Notes: generated by a model from the letters alone, not told the origin. Positions 11,707 to 22,342 are shown, numbered from the whole stretch's first letter. The stretch is DNA of 63,688 bases, filler included, from Octopus bimaculoides (GCF_001194135.2; 7 parts of 7 records of this genome joined end to end with filler, not necessarily neighbours in it); one strand, 5' to 3'. A program made the numbers and translations.

Positions 11707-13223
11707 CTAGCAGAAATACCCGGCTTTGCCCGGGTTAAAGAGAACATTATTCTCTTTAAGATCTAAAAACGCCGTCTAGACTACGCAACCCTCAACTGTT
11801 AGTAGCTACGATACCATATTTCTACATTAATAACTCTCCAATCCATGCCAGCATGAAACATAGACATTAAGTGGAATGCCAGTCTCTCATCTAGGAGGGC
11901 CTTGAAATCAATGTTACCAACTGGCGACTATGTGTGTCGCAGTGATAATAAAAAGACCCAAAGGAGGTCTGCAACGAAATAATTTTACTCAACACTTTGC
12001 AAGTGAATCAGTGGAGGCAAAGATGCGTCTCATTTACTTGACAATTTATGCACCACATTGCAGAAATCTGTACCGTTGAATTACAAATAATGCTCATCTG
12101 TTATGTTCGGGTTAAAATTTCATCAACATCAAAAATATATGAATTTTGATGGGCGTTATGGCCGTTATNNNNNNNNNNNNNNNNNNNNNNNNNNNNNNNN
12201 NNNNNNNNNNNNNNNNNNNNNNNNNNNNNNNNNNNNNNNNNNNNNNNNNNNNNNNNNNNNNNNNNNNNNNNNNNNNNNNNNNNNNNNNNNNNNNNNNNNN
12301 NNNNNNNNNNNNNNNNNNNNNNNNNNNNNNNNNNNNNNNNNNNNNNNNNNNNNNNNNNNNNNNNNNNNNNNNNNNNNNNNNNNNNNNNNNNNNNNNNNNN
12401 NNNNNNNNNNNNNNNNNNNNNNNNNNNNNNNNNNNNNNNNNNNNNNNNNNNNNNNNNNNNNNNNNNNNNNNNNNNNNNNNNNNNNNNNNNNNNNNNNNNN
12501 NNNNNNNNNNNNNNNNNNNNNNNNNNNNNNNNNNNNNNNNNNNNNNNNNNNNNNNNNNNNNNNNNNNNNNNNNNNNNNNNNNNNNNNNNNNNNNNNNNNN
12601 NNNNNNNNNNNNNNNNNNNNNNNNNNNNNNNNNNNNNNNNNNNNNNNNNNNNNNNNNNNNNNNNNNNNNNNNNNNNNNNNNNNNNNNNNNNNNNNNNNNN
12701 NNNNNNNNNNNNNNNNNNNNNNNNNNNNNNNNNNNNNNNNNNNNNNNNNNNNNNNNNNNNNNNNNNNNNNNNNNNNNNNNNNNNNNNNNNNNNNNNNNNN
12801 NNNNNNNNNNNNNNNNNNNNNNNNNNNNNNNNNNNNNNNNNNNNNNNNNNNNNNNNNNNNNNNNNNNNNNNNNNNNNNNNNNNNTTTCTCTCTCTCTCTG
12901 AAAGTATCTGTCATTACAGTATCGAAATGTGATTGTTTCAGTTAGTGGAATAGTTTCATTTTTAAAGTGAAAGTATTTGACAGGAGTGTTTTTGTTTCAC
13001 TTTTGACACGTAATACTTAAATAGTCGAGGAGATATTATGTTGCCGTGGGCTCGAACTCTGCAAGAAGTTAAAAAATTTTTTTGACTAAAACACAACTGG
13101 AACTCTAAGTAAGGCATGTGTAAAATTTGAATGAAATTGGTTGCGTAGTTCTCGAGTTTTAGGGATTCACACAGACAGACAGACAGACAGACAGACACAC
13201 ATTCTCATTTTTATATATATAGA
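11707..13223 (-). mobile_element. Complete non-autonomous Helitron (internal gap)
   Basis: Minus strand starts A|TC-TATATATA (13223), has a (TGTC)n tract, and ends with hairpin ACCCGG-GCAAAG-CCGGGT (11718-11735) then CTAG|T (11707-11710). These are canonical termini in an AT target. Confidence 0.85.
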
Positions 13224-13423
13224 TATGCATATACATATGCATACACGGATAGAGACTAGCAGAGAGAGACATGTATAGAGACATGCATAGACCTATACGG
13301 ATTGACATACAGATTAATGAATGGTAGGGAAGGAGAACACAATATATATACATACAAAACACACACACACATGCACGCATATGTACAAATGCACATACAC
13401 ATATTTATTTAAGTATTTCTATA

Positions 13424-14733
13424 TGAGGGGGTATCAAAAAGTTCTTGGGCTAGTTCTGTAGCACACTAACTGATGATAACTGATGATAACACATGGTTGT
13501 GTGCACAGTGAGATCTAGCAGTGACTTTCATAAGGCAGTGTGCTGAGTGATATCACTGTGTTTACTTTGCAAGTTATGAAATTTGTGTTTTTTTTTTATC
13601 ACATATATGCTGTAGTCTGCGATTTTGTCATGGACAGGAAGTTGGAACAAAGAGCTATCATGAAATTTTGCATTAAACTTGGAAAGTCTGCTGCAGAGAC
13701 AATGAGCATGCTTCAGCAAGCTTACAGTAATGAGACAATAGGTCGTATGCAATATTTTGAGTGGTATGATCACTTCAAAAGCAGGAGAACATCCCTGGAA
13801 GGTGATGAGTGATCTGGAAGACCTGCCATGAGCTTCACCCTTGGAAATATGGAGAAAATTCATCAGTTTGTGTATGAGGATTGTTGGAGGATGGTCAGTG
13901 ATATTGGTGATGTTAGTCTGTCACATAGGTCTATGCAGGCAAGCCTAATGTCTGAATCGAACATGTGGTGTTTGTCCCCTTCCTGCTGACTACTGAGCAG
14001 AAAGAATGTCAAAGTCTGTCAAGATCTCCATCATTATGCTGCTGATGACTTATTCTTCATGTTGAAGATCATCACTGGTAATGAGAGTTGGGCTTACAGG
14101 TATGACTCTGAGATGAAGTCGCAGTTGTCACAATGGAAGAGGCCTTCATCTCCACGTTTGAAGAACGCATGACAGAGTTGTAGCTCGATCAAGAGCATGC
14201 TCATCATTTTTCTTGACATTTGCAGTATTGGGCATCAAGAATTCATCCCCCAGGGTAAGACCATCAATTGAGAGCTTTACTGCGACGTTTTGAAGCATTT
14301 GAGGGAGGACATTCAGTGAAAGTGACTGGATCTGTGGAGTGCGAAGAATTAGATTCTTCATGATAACAATGCACCCTGTTACTGAGCTCTCCTCACTTGT
14401 GAGTTTCTCACTAAAAACACATGGTATTGTTTCTGCACCTGCTCTATTCACTAGATTTAGTACCTGCAAACTTCCATCTCTTCTCCAAGATGAAAATGCA
14501 GCTGAAAAGTTACTGTCTTAACACCGTTGTTGAGATCCAGAGTGAATCACAGAAGGTCCTTGACCTGCTTACGGAAAATGACATCTAGGCCAGATTCCAA
14601 AAGTGGCAGGAACACTGGGATTAGTGTATTGCTGTGCAAACTGGCTATTTTGAAGGATAAGATCTTAAAACTTAGTAAATAAGTTATTTTTTATTAAACA
14701 GAACTAGTCCTTGAACTTTTTGATACCACCTCT
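13424..14733 (+). mobile_element. Full-length (1310 bp) inactive mariner element
   Basis: TA-flanked TIRs (TGAGGGGGTATCAAAAAGTTC / GAACTTTTTGATACCACCTCT). Transposase remnants EQRAIMKFCIKLGKSAAET, IITGNESW, HDNNAP carry stops and frameshifts. Confidence 0.92.
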
Positions 14734-15273
14734 TATCTGTCTGTTTATTTGTTTAGATATGTATGCATGTATGAGGCTGCTGTTATTATTCTTATTTTAA
14801 TGTTGTACCAAATTGCATTCTACAGAAAATATTCTGTGGGAATTTTGAGACTGTGATTGCTTTTAGTAATACTGACTATGTTCTTTCATACCAACACTAA
14901 TTATTACTGACTTATAGAAATACTGTATTTCATTATGCAACCATAATCTTAATATATAAATCTGAAATTGTGTGTTTGTGTGAAGCCTTTTTGAATGTTT
15001 ATAGAAATCCACATTTTCCACTTTTTCGTAAAAATTTTTACATCAATGGAATTTTCTCAATCTGAACTTTCCAGTGCAGTAATTAGATTTTTTAAATTCC
15101 GTTTACTTTGTGTGATTTAAGGGAGATTTGGCTATTGTTTCTAGCAACTTTTATATTTCATCCCTGCTACTTGGAACGCCATTCTTACACACGCGCTCAA
15201 CATAAAAATATAGAGAGTAAAAGTAAAAGAGGGAGAGGGAGAGAGAGAGAAAGTGATACCTACAACGTCATAG

Positions 15274-15373
15274 NNNNNNNNNNNNNNNNNNNNNNNNNNN
15301 NNNNNNNNNNNNNNNNNTTAATTAATTAANNNNNNNNNNNNNNNNNNNNNNNNNNNNNNNNNNNNNNNNNNNN
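15274..15373. other. Artificial scaffold-joining spacer
   Basis: 44 N + TTAATTAATTAA (15318-15329; stop codons in all six frames) + 44 N. Confidence 0.95.
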
Positions 15374-16474
15374 TGTATATATATATATATATATATATAT
15401 ATCACATGCATTCACGGAACACATGCATACTCACATGCGTGCACGTACATTCACATACATACGCTCATACATCACGTGACTCAACAAAACAAACAACGTG
15501 TCATTATATGCATTTCTTAGGAGTTGGGTATATAATTTAATAACAGCTTGAATGAGCTTCATACAACTTTAAAAGTCCTAGACTCGTTGGCCGAACCTTT
15601 CTCTTGTGCTATTTAGAGTAGCATAAAGAGATTTGAGACAACATGCAGTTGGCTACCAGATGTTAGGCCTGTATTGGTCAACTCAGGTCACGTGGTGTCT
15701 TTTACTCTAATGTCTAGCAGCCATCTTGAATTCATATTTAAACACCTATATATGAACATGAATTTTATATATGACAAATACGCTAGCTTAAAATGTACAT
15801 AGATTTAGGCTTAGACATATTTTCGAGGTGAATTTTCCGATTCCTCTCCATCCCCGTTCGCCAGCGAGCATTTTCTTTTTTTTTTTTTTTCGTTTTCGTT
15901 CACTACATGCTGTTTTACATCTATTACACTATTTTCCCCGCTCCANNNNNNNNNNNNNNNNNNNNNNNNNNNNNNNNNNNNNNNNNNNNNNNNNNNNNNN
16001 NNNNNNNNNNNNNNNNNNNNNNNNNNNNNNNNNNNNNNNNNNNNNNNNNNNNNNNNNNNNNNNNNNNNNNNNNNNNNNNNNNNNNNNNNNNNNNNNNNNN
16101 NNNNNNNNNNNNNNNNNNNNNNNNNNNNNNNNNNNNNNNNNNNNNNNNNNNNNNNNNNNNNNNNNNNNNNNNNNNNNNNNNNNNNNNNNNNNNNNNNNNN
16201 NNNNNNNNNNNNNNNNNNNNNNNNNNNNNNNNNNNNNNNNNNNNNNNNNNNNNNNNNNNNNNNNNNNNNNNNNNNNNNNNNNNNNNNNNNNNNNNNNNNN
16301 NNNNNNNNNNNNNNNNNNNNNNNNNNNNNNNNNNNNNNNNNNNNNNNNNNNNNNNNNNNNNNNNNNNNNNNNNNNNNNNNNNNNNNNNNNNNNNNNNNNN
16401 NNNNNNNNNNNNNNNNNNNTTTTTTTTTTTTTTTTTCGTTTTCGTTCACTACATGCTGTTTTACATCTATTACA

Positions 16475-16512
16475 CTATTTTCCCCGCTCCATTTTTTTGC
16501 CCGGATTAGAAA
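16475..16512 (-). CDS. Candidate gene A exon 2 (VSNPGKKMERGK-stop as assembled)
   Basis: The nearest acceptor, CTCCAG| at 16513, gives a 107-nt intron. One fewer A in the A7 run (16492-16498) would open the longer WSGENS..KKKKRK..KYV frame ending at 15811. Confidence 0.35.
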
Positions 16513-16619
16513 CTGGAGTTTAACCAGATTCGGATATATTTACATACAGAAAAGATAGAATTAACTAACGTGATTATGTCATATATTATTAACTTCAAAG
16601 TGTTTGTATCTAAACTCAC

Positions 16620-16818
16620 CTTCTCTATCTGTGGCAGCAGATCGATTCAGATCGGATCCCTCTGATGTCGCTGTCACCGAGGGAATCTCTATGTCGTCAT
16701 CTGGTGCATCTTCATCTGTTTTGGGTTTCTTTAAACACGGGCATATAGATTCAAGAATTCGCTTGGCTCCTGCACACAGACGTGCGAGGAAGCCTTGGTC
16801 GTTAACGTTAGCTGTCAT
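16620..16818 (-). CDS. Gene A exon 1, uncharacterised small protein (paralog of gene B)
   Basis: MTANVNDQGFLARLCAGAKRILESICPCLKKPKTDEDAPDDDIEIPSVTATSEGSDLNRSAATDRE, with aaaATG start context, ending GAAG|GTGAGT (phase 1). 36 of the first 45 aa are identical to gene B. Confidence 0.8.
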
Positions 16819-16955
16819 TTTCCAATAAATAAAAACAATAATTAGTAAATTTATGATCGCAAATGAATGAATCGCAAGAGTAACCTACAAGAAGTTATCG
16901 TCAAACAAGCTGCAAAAGTCGCAATGGATTTTCTCGTTTCTCTCAAGCTGTTATC

Positions 16956-16965
16956 ATGACGTCAT
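16956..16965. promoter_or_regulatory. Perfect CRE palindrome ATGACGTCAT upstream of gene A
   Basis: About 140 nt upstream of the A start codon, inside the block duplicated with gene B. Confidence 0.6.
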
Positions 16966-18657
16966 CATCATAATAAACCGTCTAAGGTCAGGTGTCCATT
17001 GAAAATATAATTTAAACGTTGAAGTTGCACAATCGTCAGCGCATTGGCTAATATGCCTAGCTACGTTTTTTTGTTTCTCTTTCCTTACGTTCTGAGTTCC
17101 AGTCCGGAACATGTTAATTTAGTTTCTGTTTTTTTTTTAGGGTCGATAAAATAAATTTAAATGTCAAGTACTGGAGTCGATGTATCCTTCTTTCCTTTCT
17201 CCTCAGAAATACTTGTCTTGTAGAGACAAAATACCGTTTTAACAACTGAATCATAAAGGATTTGTATGCGTGTCCTTCAATAAATGACACACAAACACAC
17301 ATGCGTGCTGTAAGTTCTGAGTTTCGATTCTTCCGAGGTTGACCTTGCCTTTTATCCTTTCGGGGGTCAATAAAATAAGTACCAGTTGAATACTGGGGGG
17401 GGGTCAAGGATATTGTGGACCTTGTGCCGAAATAAATAAATACCAGTTGTCCGCTGGGGGTCGATGTAATCGACTTACCCGCTCATTAAAATTACTGGCC
17501 CAGACCAAAACTTGTCGGATATTTCTTGTGTGTAACTTCGTTTAAGCTGTTGGTTTGGCAAAGGACCACAGTCATCTTCTTCTGCCTCTTGTAAAGATTT
17601 TACATTTTTCCTCACGAGGAGCCGCACTGTTCTCTTGCAGCAAGAAAACATTAGAAGATTACATTTGTTTTGTGCTGAATTCGCCTAGACTTTAGTTCGA
17701 CGGATAACATGCATAGCAGCATATATTTTCGTTTGTTATAATCTGAGTTCAAATTCCGCCGAAGATGACTTTGCCTTTCATGCTTTCGTGTCGGTTATAT
17801 AAATACTAATCGAGAGGTGAGGGTCGATGTATTCCAATTACACCATTTAAAATTACTGACCTGGTCACAACATTAAATGTAATAATATTTTAAACGTTCA
17901 ATAAGGTCATACAAGTTTTTTTGGTTATTCTACAACAGTGTACATGAAAGTTCTGCGTTTGAGAATACTTGTTTATCGGAAAATATTTCTAGCCACATTA
18001 ATTCTTCCTTGCCCTTTATATAAGTATATATGCGTTCGGAGTACATTTGATGGTAGTTTGAGATCGATATATCTGCTACTTGGAAAGCGTTATGGTGTGG
18101 GCTACATTGGATTTCTGATACAGCTTTCTTAACCTATGACAGTTCAATGACCACGCGTATTCAATCACTAAAGGAGGAATGAATGAAATCCAGACGTTTT
18201 TGAGTTTAAGATGGGTTTTGATGGAAGAATCGTTGTATCAAAATCCATCCGTCCTTTGATTTGATTTCTTCATACTGTCCAGTAGTGGAACTTCCCGTTC
18301 GTTTGAAAAATAGGTAATTGGTTAATATACTATGACATGGTAATCTTGAAGAAGTTAATCACAGACCAGATATGCGAGCGACCAATTTTCTTCGGTGGTT
18401 TGTGCAAAATGGATTAGGGTGCAACTGTATTGTGATACGCACATGTCCCAAAATATTTTACATCGAAGAGAAACAGCATCAAAGTTCAACATATCGTTCC
18501 CGTTCTCAAATACCATCACGGTACACTGTTGTGAGCCGCTAACACTCACCACTAAGCCACGCACCTTCACAAGTTTAAATGATACCTGAACTAAAGACAT
18601 ATCGTATTTAAAATTAGTCTTTATTGCCATATAGCCTAAGCTTTTATAATCCCTCAG

Positions 18658-18812
18658 CTAGAATATACTTTAAGAAGGACTATCCAATGCATGAATCCCC
18701 AGTTCGATACATCACGCATGAGCAAAACCTTGAAGAAAGCTGCATAGGAATGTTTAGCTTAGACGAACCAGCTAAATGCACTGAATCACCCGAATCAACT
18801 AAATGCACATAA
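18658..18812 (+). CDS. Orphan phase-1 terminal exon candidate D (family-related module)
   Basis: CCCTCAG|CT then ARIYFKKDYPMHESPVRYITHEQNLEESCIGMFSLDEPAKCTESPESTKCT-stop. RYITHE matches the exon C repeats and GMFS matches gene B exon 2. Confidence 0.5.
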
Positions 18813-19007
18813 ATGCTACATCAAAGGACATTAGCGGACTTAACCAACGGAAATATGTACTGGATTGGAATCTAATGTGAATTTAATGAGTGTAATAATA
18901 TAATAAACAAATTTTAACGATGTATAAATTCTCCATTGTTCTTTATGATGCCTTGTGTATTCTGTATGATGTGTCGAAAACAGTGAAACAAAGTCGGGAT
19001 TTACATA

Positions 19008-19235
19008 GGCGTAGGACTGGCCGTGTGGTAAGTGGGTTGCTTACGAACCACATGGGTCCGGGTTCAGTCCCACTGCGTGGCACCTTGGGCAAGTGTTTTT
19101 TACTATAGCCTCGGGCCGACCAAAGACTTGTGAGTGGATTTAGTTAACGGAAATTGAAAGAAACCCGTCGTAACTATATATNNNNNNNNNNNNNNNNNNN
19201 NNNNNNNNNNNNNNNNNNNNNNNNNNNNNNNNNNN

Positions 19236-19285
<50 letters not shown>

Positions 19286-19340
19286 GGGGGTCCGTGTTTG
19301 TCCCCCCAAATCGTTTGACAACCGATGCTGGTGTGTTTGT
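19008..19340 (+). mobile_element. tRNA-derived SINE with internal (TA)n microsatellite
   Basis: Head GGCGTAGGA..GTGTGGTAAG..GGTTCAGTCCC recurs throughout the window. Head and tail keep the same orientation across the 19182-19235 gap. Confidence 0.8.
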
Positions 19341-19972
19341 ATTCAATGCAGGTGCAATCGAAATTTGTGAACAAATGTGTGTCGCAGTGTATGTGAATGT
19401 ATGCCTGTTTGTGTGAGTGCACGTGTGTTTGTTTATTTATTCTATTGTATGTGAATGCCTTTGAATAAAAGGTATTGTATGTATCGTGTGCTATTCATTT
19501 CGGATATTAATATGATATTTTTCGCACATGGACTGTAATTTTGAGGAGACAACGGGTCGATAACATCAAAAACACAGACTTCAAATTACTGTGGAGCGTG
19601 GCTGAGCACCCTATTTCTTCAGGGGTGTGTTACGCATTGTCCCATCCCCGTTCAGCTTCTACTGCTTGCGCCCCCATTTTTCATTTTCCTTCTCTTCTAT
19701 TTTTGTTTCTGTGAATTTAAATGTTATAATTTAATAAACGATAGAATAAGACAAGAAACAAAAAGAAACAAAAAGAAACGAATTGCAAAAGCTACATTAT
19801 TTTTACGACTATGAAAAGATGGAATGCAAACACAGGCTTGATTTGAACCCAGAATTTAATGAATCAGAGAAAGACCGCTAAACAGTTTGTGACACGCGCT
19901 AGTCATTGTGCTATCTCGACGATCTTATATCACTTATTATTGATACGTGATCTTGCGATGTTGAATACCATC

Positions 19973-19982
19973 ATGACGTCAT
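19973..19982. promoter_or_regulatory. Perfect CRE palindrome ATGACGTCAT upstream of gene B
   Basis: About 150 nt upstream of the B start codon, at the position homologous to the gene A CRE. Confidence 0.6.
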
Positions 19983-20129
19983 AATAAATTGAGAAAAAGA
20001 ACGAAAAATCTGTTTACAATATTCCATTGCGATTTTAACAGTTTGTTTGACGATAACTTCTTGTACGTTACTCTTGCGATTAATTCATTTGCGTTAATAT
20101 ATTTACTAATTATTTTTATTTATTGAAAA

Positions 20130-20343
20130 ATGACAGCTACTGTCGACAACCAGGGTTTCCTCGCACGTCTGCGTGCAGGAGCCAAGCGAATAATTGAAGC
20201 CATATGCCCGTGTTTAAAGAAACCAAAAACAGATGAAGATTCACCAGAAGACGACATAGATATTACACCACCGATATCAACAGAATGTTCCTCAACTGCA
20301 ACAACAGAAAAATCCGTAAATCTGAATCAGTCTGCTACCGAAG
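20130..20343 (+). CDS. Gene B exon 1, uncharacterised protein (paralog of gene A)
   Basis: MTATVDNQGFLARLRAGAKRIIEAICPCLKKPKTDEDSPEDDIDITPPISTECSSTATTEKSVNLNQSATE, ending GAAG|GTGAGT (phase 1). It is 15 nt longer than exon 1A with the frame preserved. Confidence 0.82.
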
Positions 20344-20765
20344 GTGAGTTGTTGATGAAATTACTTTGAGGTTTTACATAACACGTAAGACCTTTAGATA
20401 ATTATGTCTCCTCTACACATATATGCATCTAATTTCTTCATATACAAAAATCCAATTTTATACACACATTTATATAAATTCAAGCTGTTTGCGAAAAACA
20501 CCACGTGATGTGAGTTCACCAATTGGGGACTAACTAGTAGCCGTCTTGAATGATTTCCCAAATCACTTTATTAATTTCTGGATAATTCAGGAGATAGGAT
20601 AGTCCGGCGTGCTAACGTTTCTGCCAGCTCACCGCCTGGCGAGCTAACGTTTCTGTCGCCTTGTACGTATATATGTATGCATGTATGTATGTATGTATGT
20701 ATGTATGAATGTATGTATGTATGTATTGACAGGTTAAATATTACCATTTATTTTTACATTTTCAG

Positions 20766-20828
20766 GGATGTTTTCAGTACCTGTTACTGTCCATACATCA
20801 GAGATATTTGTGCAAAGATATCCTGACG
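20766..20828 (+). CDS. Gene B exon 2 (63 nt, phase 1-1)
   Basis: TTTTCAG| acceptor, |GTAAGT donor, open in the frame set by exon 1: GMFSVPVTVHTSEIFVQRYPD. Confidence 0.75.
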
Positions 20829-21019
20829 GTAAGTAGTGGCACTTATCATTTTCATTTGTTTTTTTGTCTTTTGCTAGTACTCCAAATTATAGCAATATTC
20901 ACATTTGTCGATTTATACACACTCATGTATGTATGAATGTATATTTTCATCTGCATGCATTAGAGTATATTTATACACACACAGATATATATGTATATAT
21001 ATACCCTTCTTATTTTCAG

Positions 21020-21082
21020 TCTCATCCTCTGCGGAACCCACAGCCAGCGACACTCATTTTGCAGTACAACATTTTACTGGCA
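21020..21082 (+). CDS. Gene B exon 3 (63 nt, phase 1-1)
   Basis: TATTTTCAG| acceptor, |GTAAGT donor, open in frame: VSSSAEPTASDTHFAVQHFTG. Confidence 0.75.
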
Positions 21083-21387
21083 GTAAGTGTTTGTTAATAT
21101 ATTCACACACGTTTTTCATTAATAGCTCCGTCGTGTACATCAGAAGCAGTGCAGAATGCCCCCACACGCATAATTATACTGATATATATATATATATTAT
21201 ATGCACATATATGTAGTTACATAATATATGTGTGAATGTATATAGATACATATTTACAGTCATTAATGTATATAAATATGTATATATGGGTGTGCATATA
21301 TGTATATACATATATTTATATAAATATGCATATATATTGTACATATGAGTATCTCTCTCTCTCTGTCTCTTACCGTCGATCTCTTGG

Positions 21388-21442
<55 letters not shown>

Positions 21443-22275
21443 NNNNNNNNNNNNNNNNNNNNNNNNNNNNNNNNNNNNNNNNNNNNNNNNNNNNNNNNNN
21501 NNNNNNNNNNNNNNNNNNNNNNNNNNNNNNNNNNNNNNNNNNNNNNNNNNNNNNNNNNNNNNNNNNNNNNNNNNNNNNNNNNNNNNNNNNNNNNNNNNNN
21601 NNNNNNNNNNNNNNNNNNNNNNNNNNNNNNNNNNNNNNNNNNNNNNNNNATACATACATACATACATATCGTGTTTGCTTCAAATTCAGATAATTTATTT
21701 GTTTAATTCCGTTTGTTTTGTTGGGTTCATAACATTTGGTCTGCGATAAATATTTACACCGAGTTGTGATTCCCCCCCCCCCATTTCTTGTCTTTTCACC
21801 CTTTCAAACATTATCGGAATTTAATAAATGCTTCTGTTCTGAATTAAGTACGATGACTAAGAAATTTCAGACACAGCATCTTCATGCAAGATGGTATCAA
21901 TCAACCATTGCTCGTTCAGTAATCTAATTATATTAGGTATTTATTGACAGAATATTACGATATTGATTATCGAAAACAGATTTCACTCGCCATTTACAGC
22001 TTATTCATGCTTGGACATGATATGCGTGTATATATATTTATGTATATATTTGTGTGTGTGTATATATTTATGTATACATTCATGCTTGGATGTATGTGTG
22101 ACTGTATATATATATGACTTCATGTTTTTATAATAAATTTTAAATGCTTTCTCAATGCCTTTCTCAACATAATTATTGCATGTTTGTTTGTTTGTTTATA
22201 TTTATGTCAAATTATCTTCATTGTGCTTTGTTTTTCGTTCAATTTCCAGCTCATTTTTCCGATGCCGAAGAAATA

Positions 22276-22342
<67 letters not shown>

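Noticed and set aside
15876-16491. Apparent duplication of ~70 nt in gene A
   Set aside because: The same sequence flanks the gap on both sides, indicating overlapping contig ends and not a tandem exon duplication.
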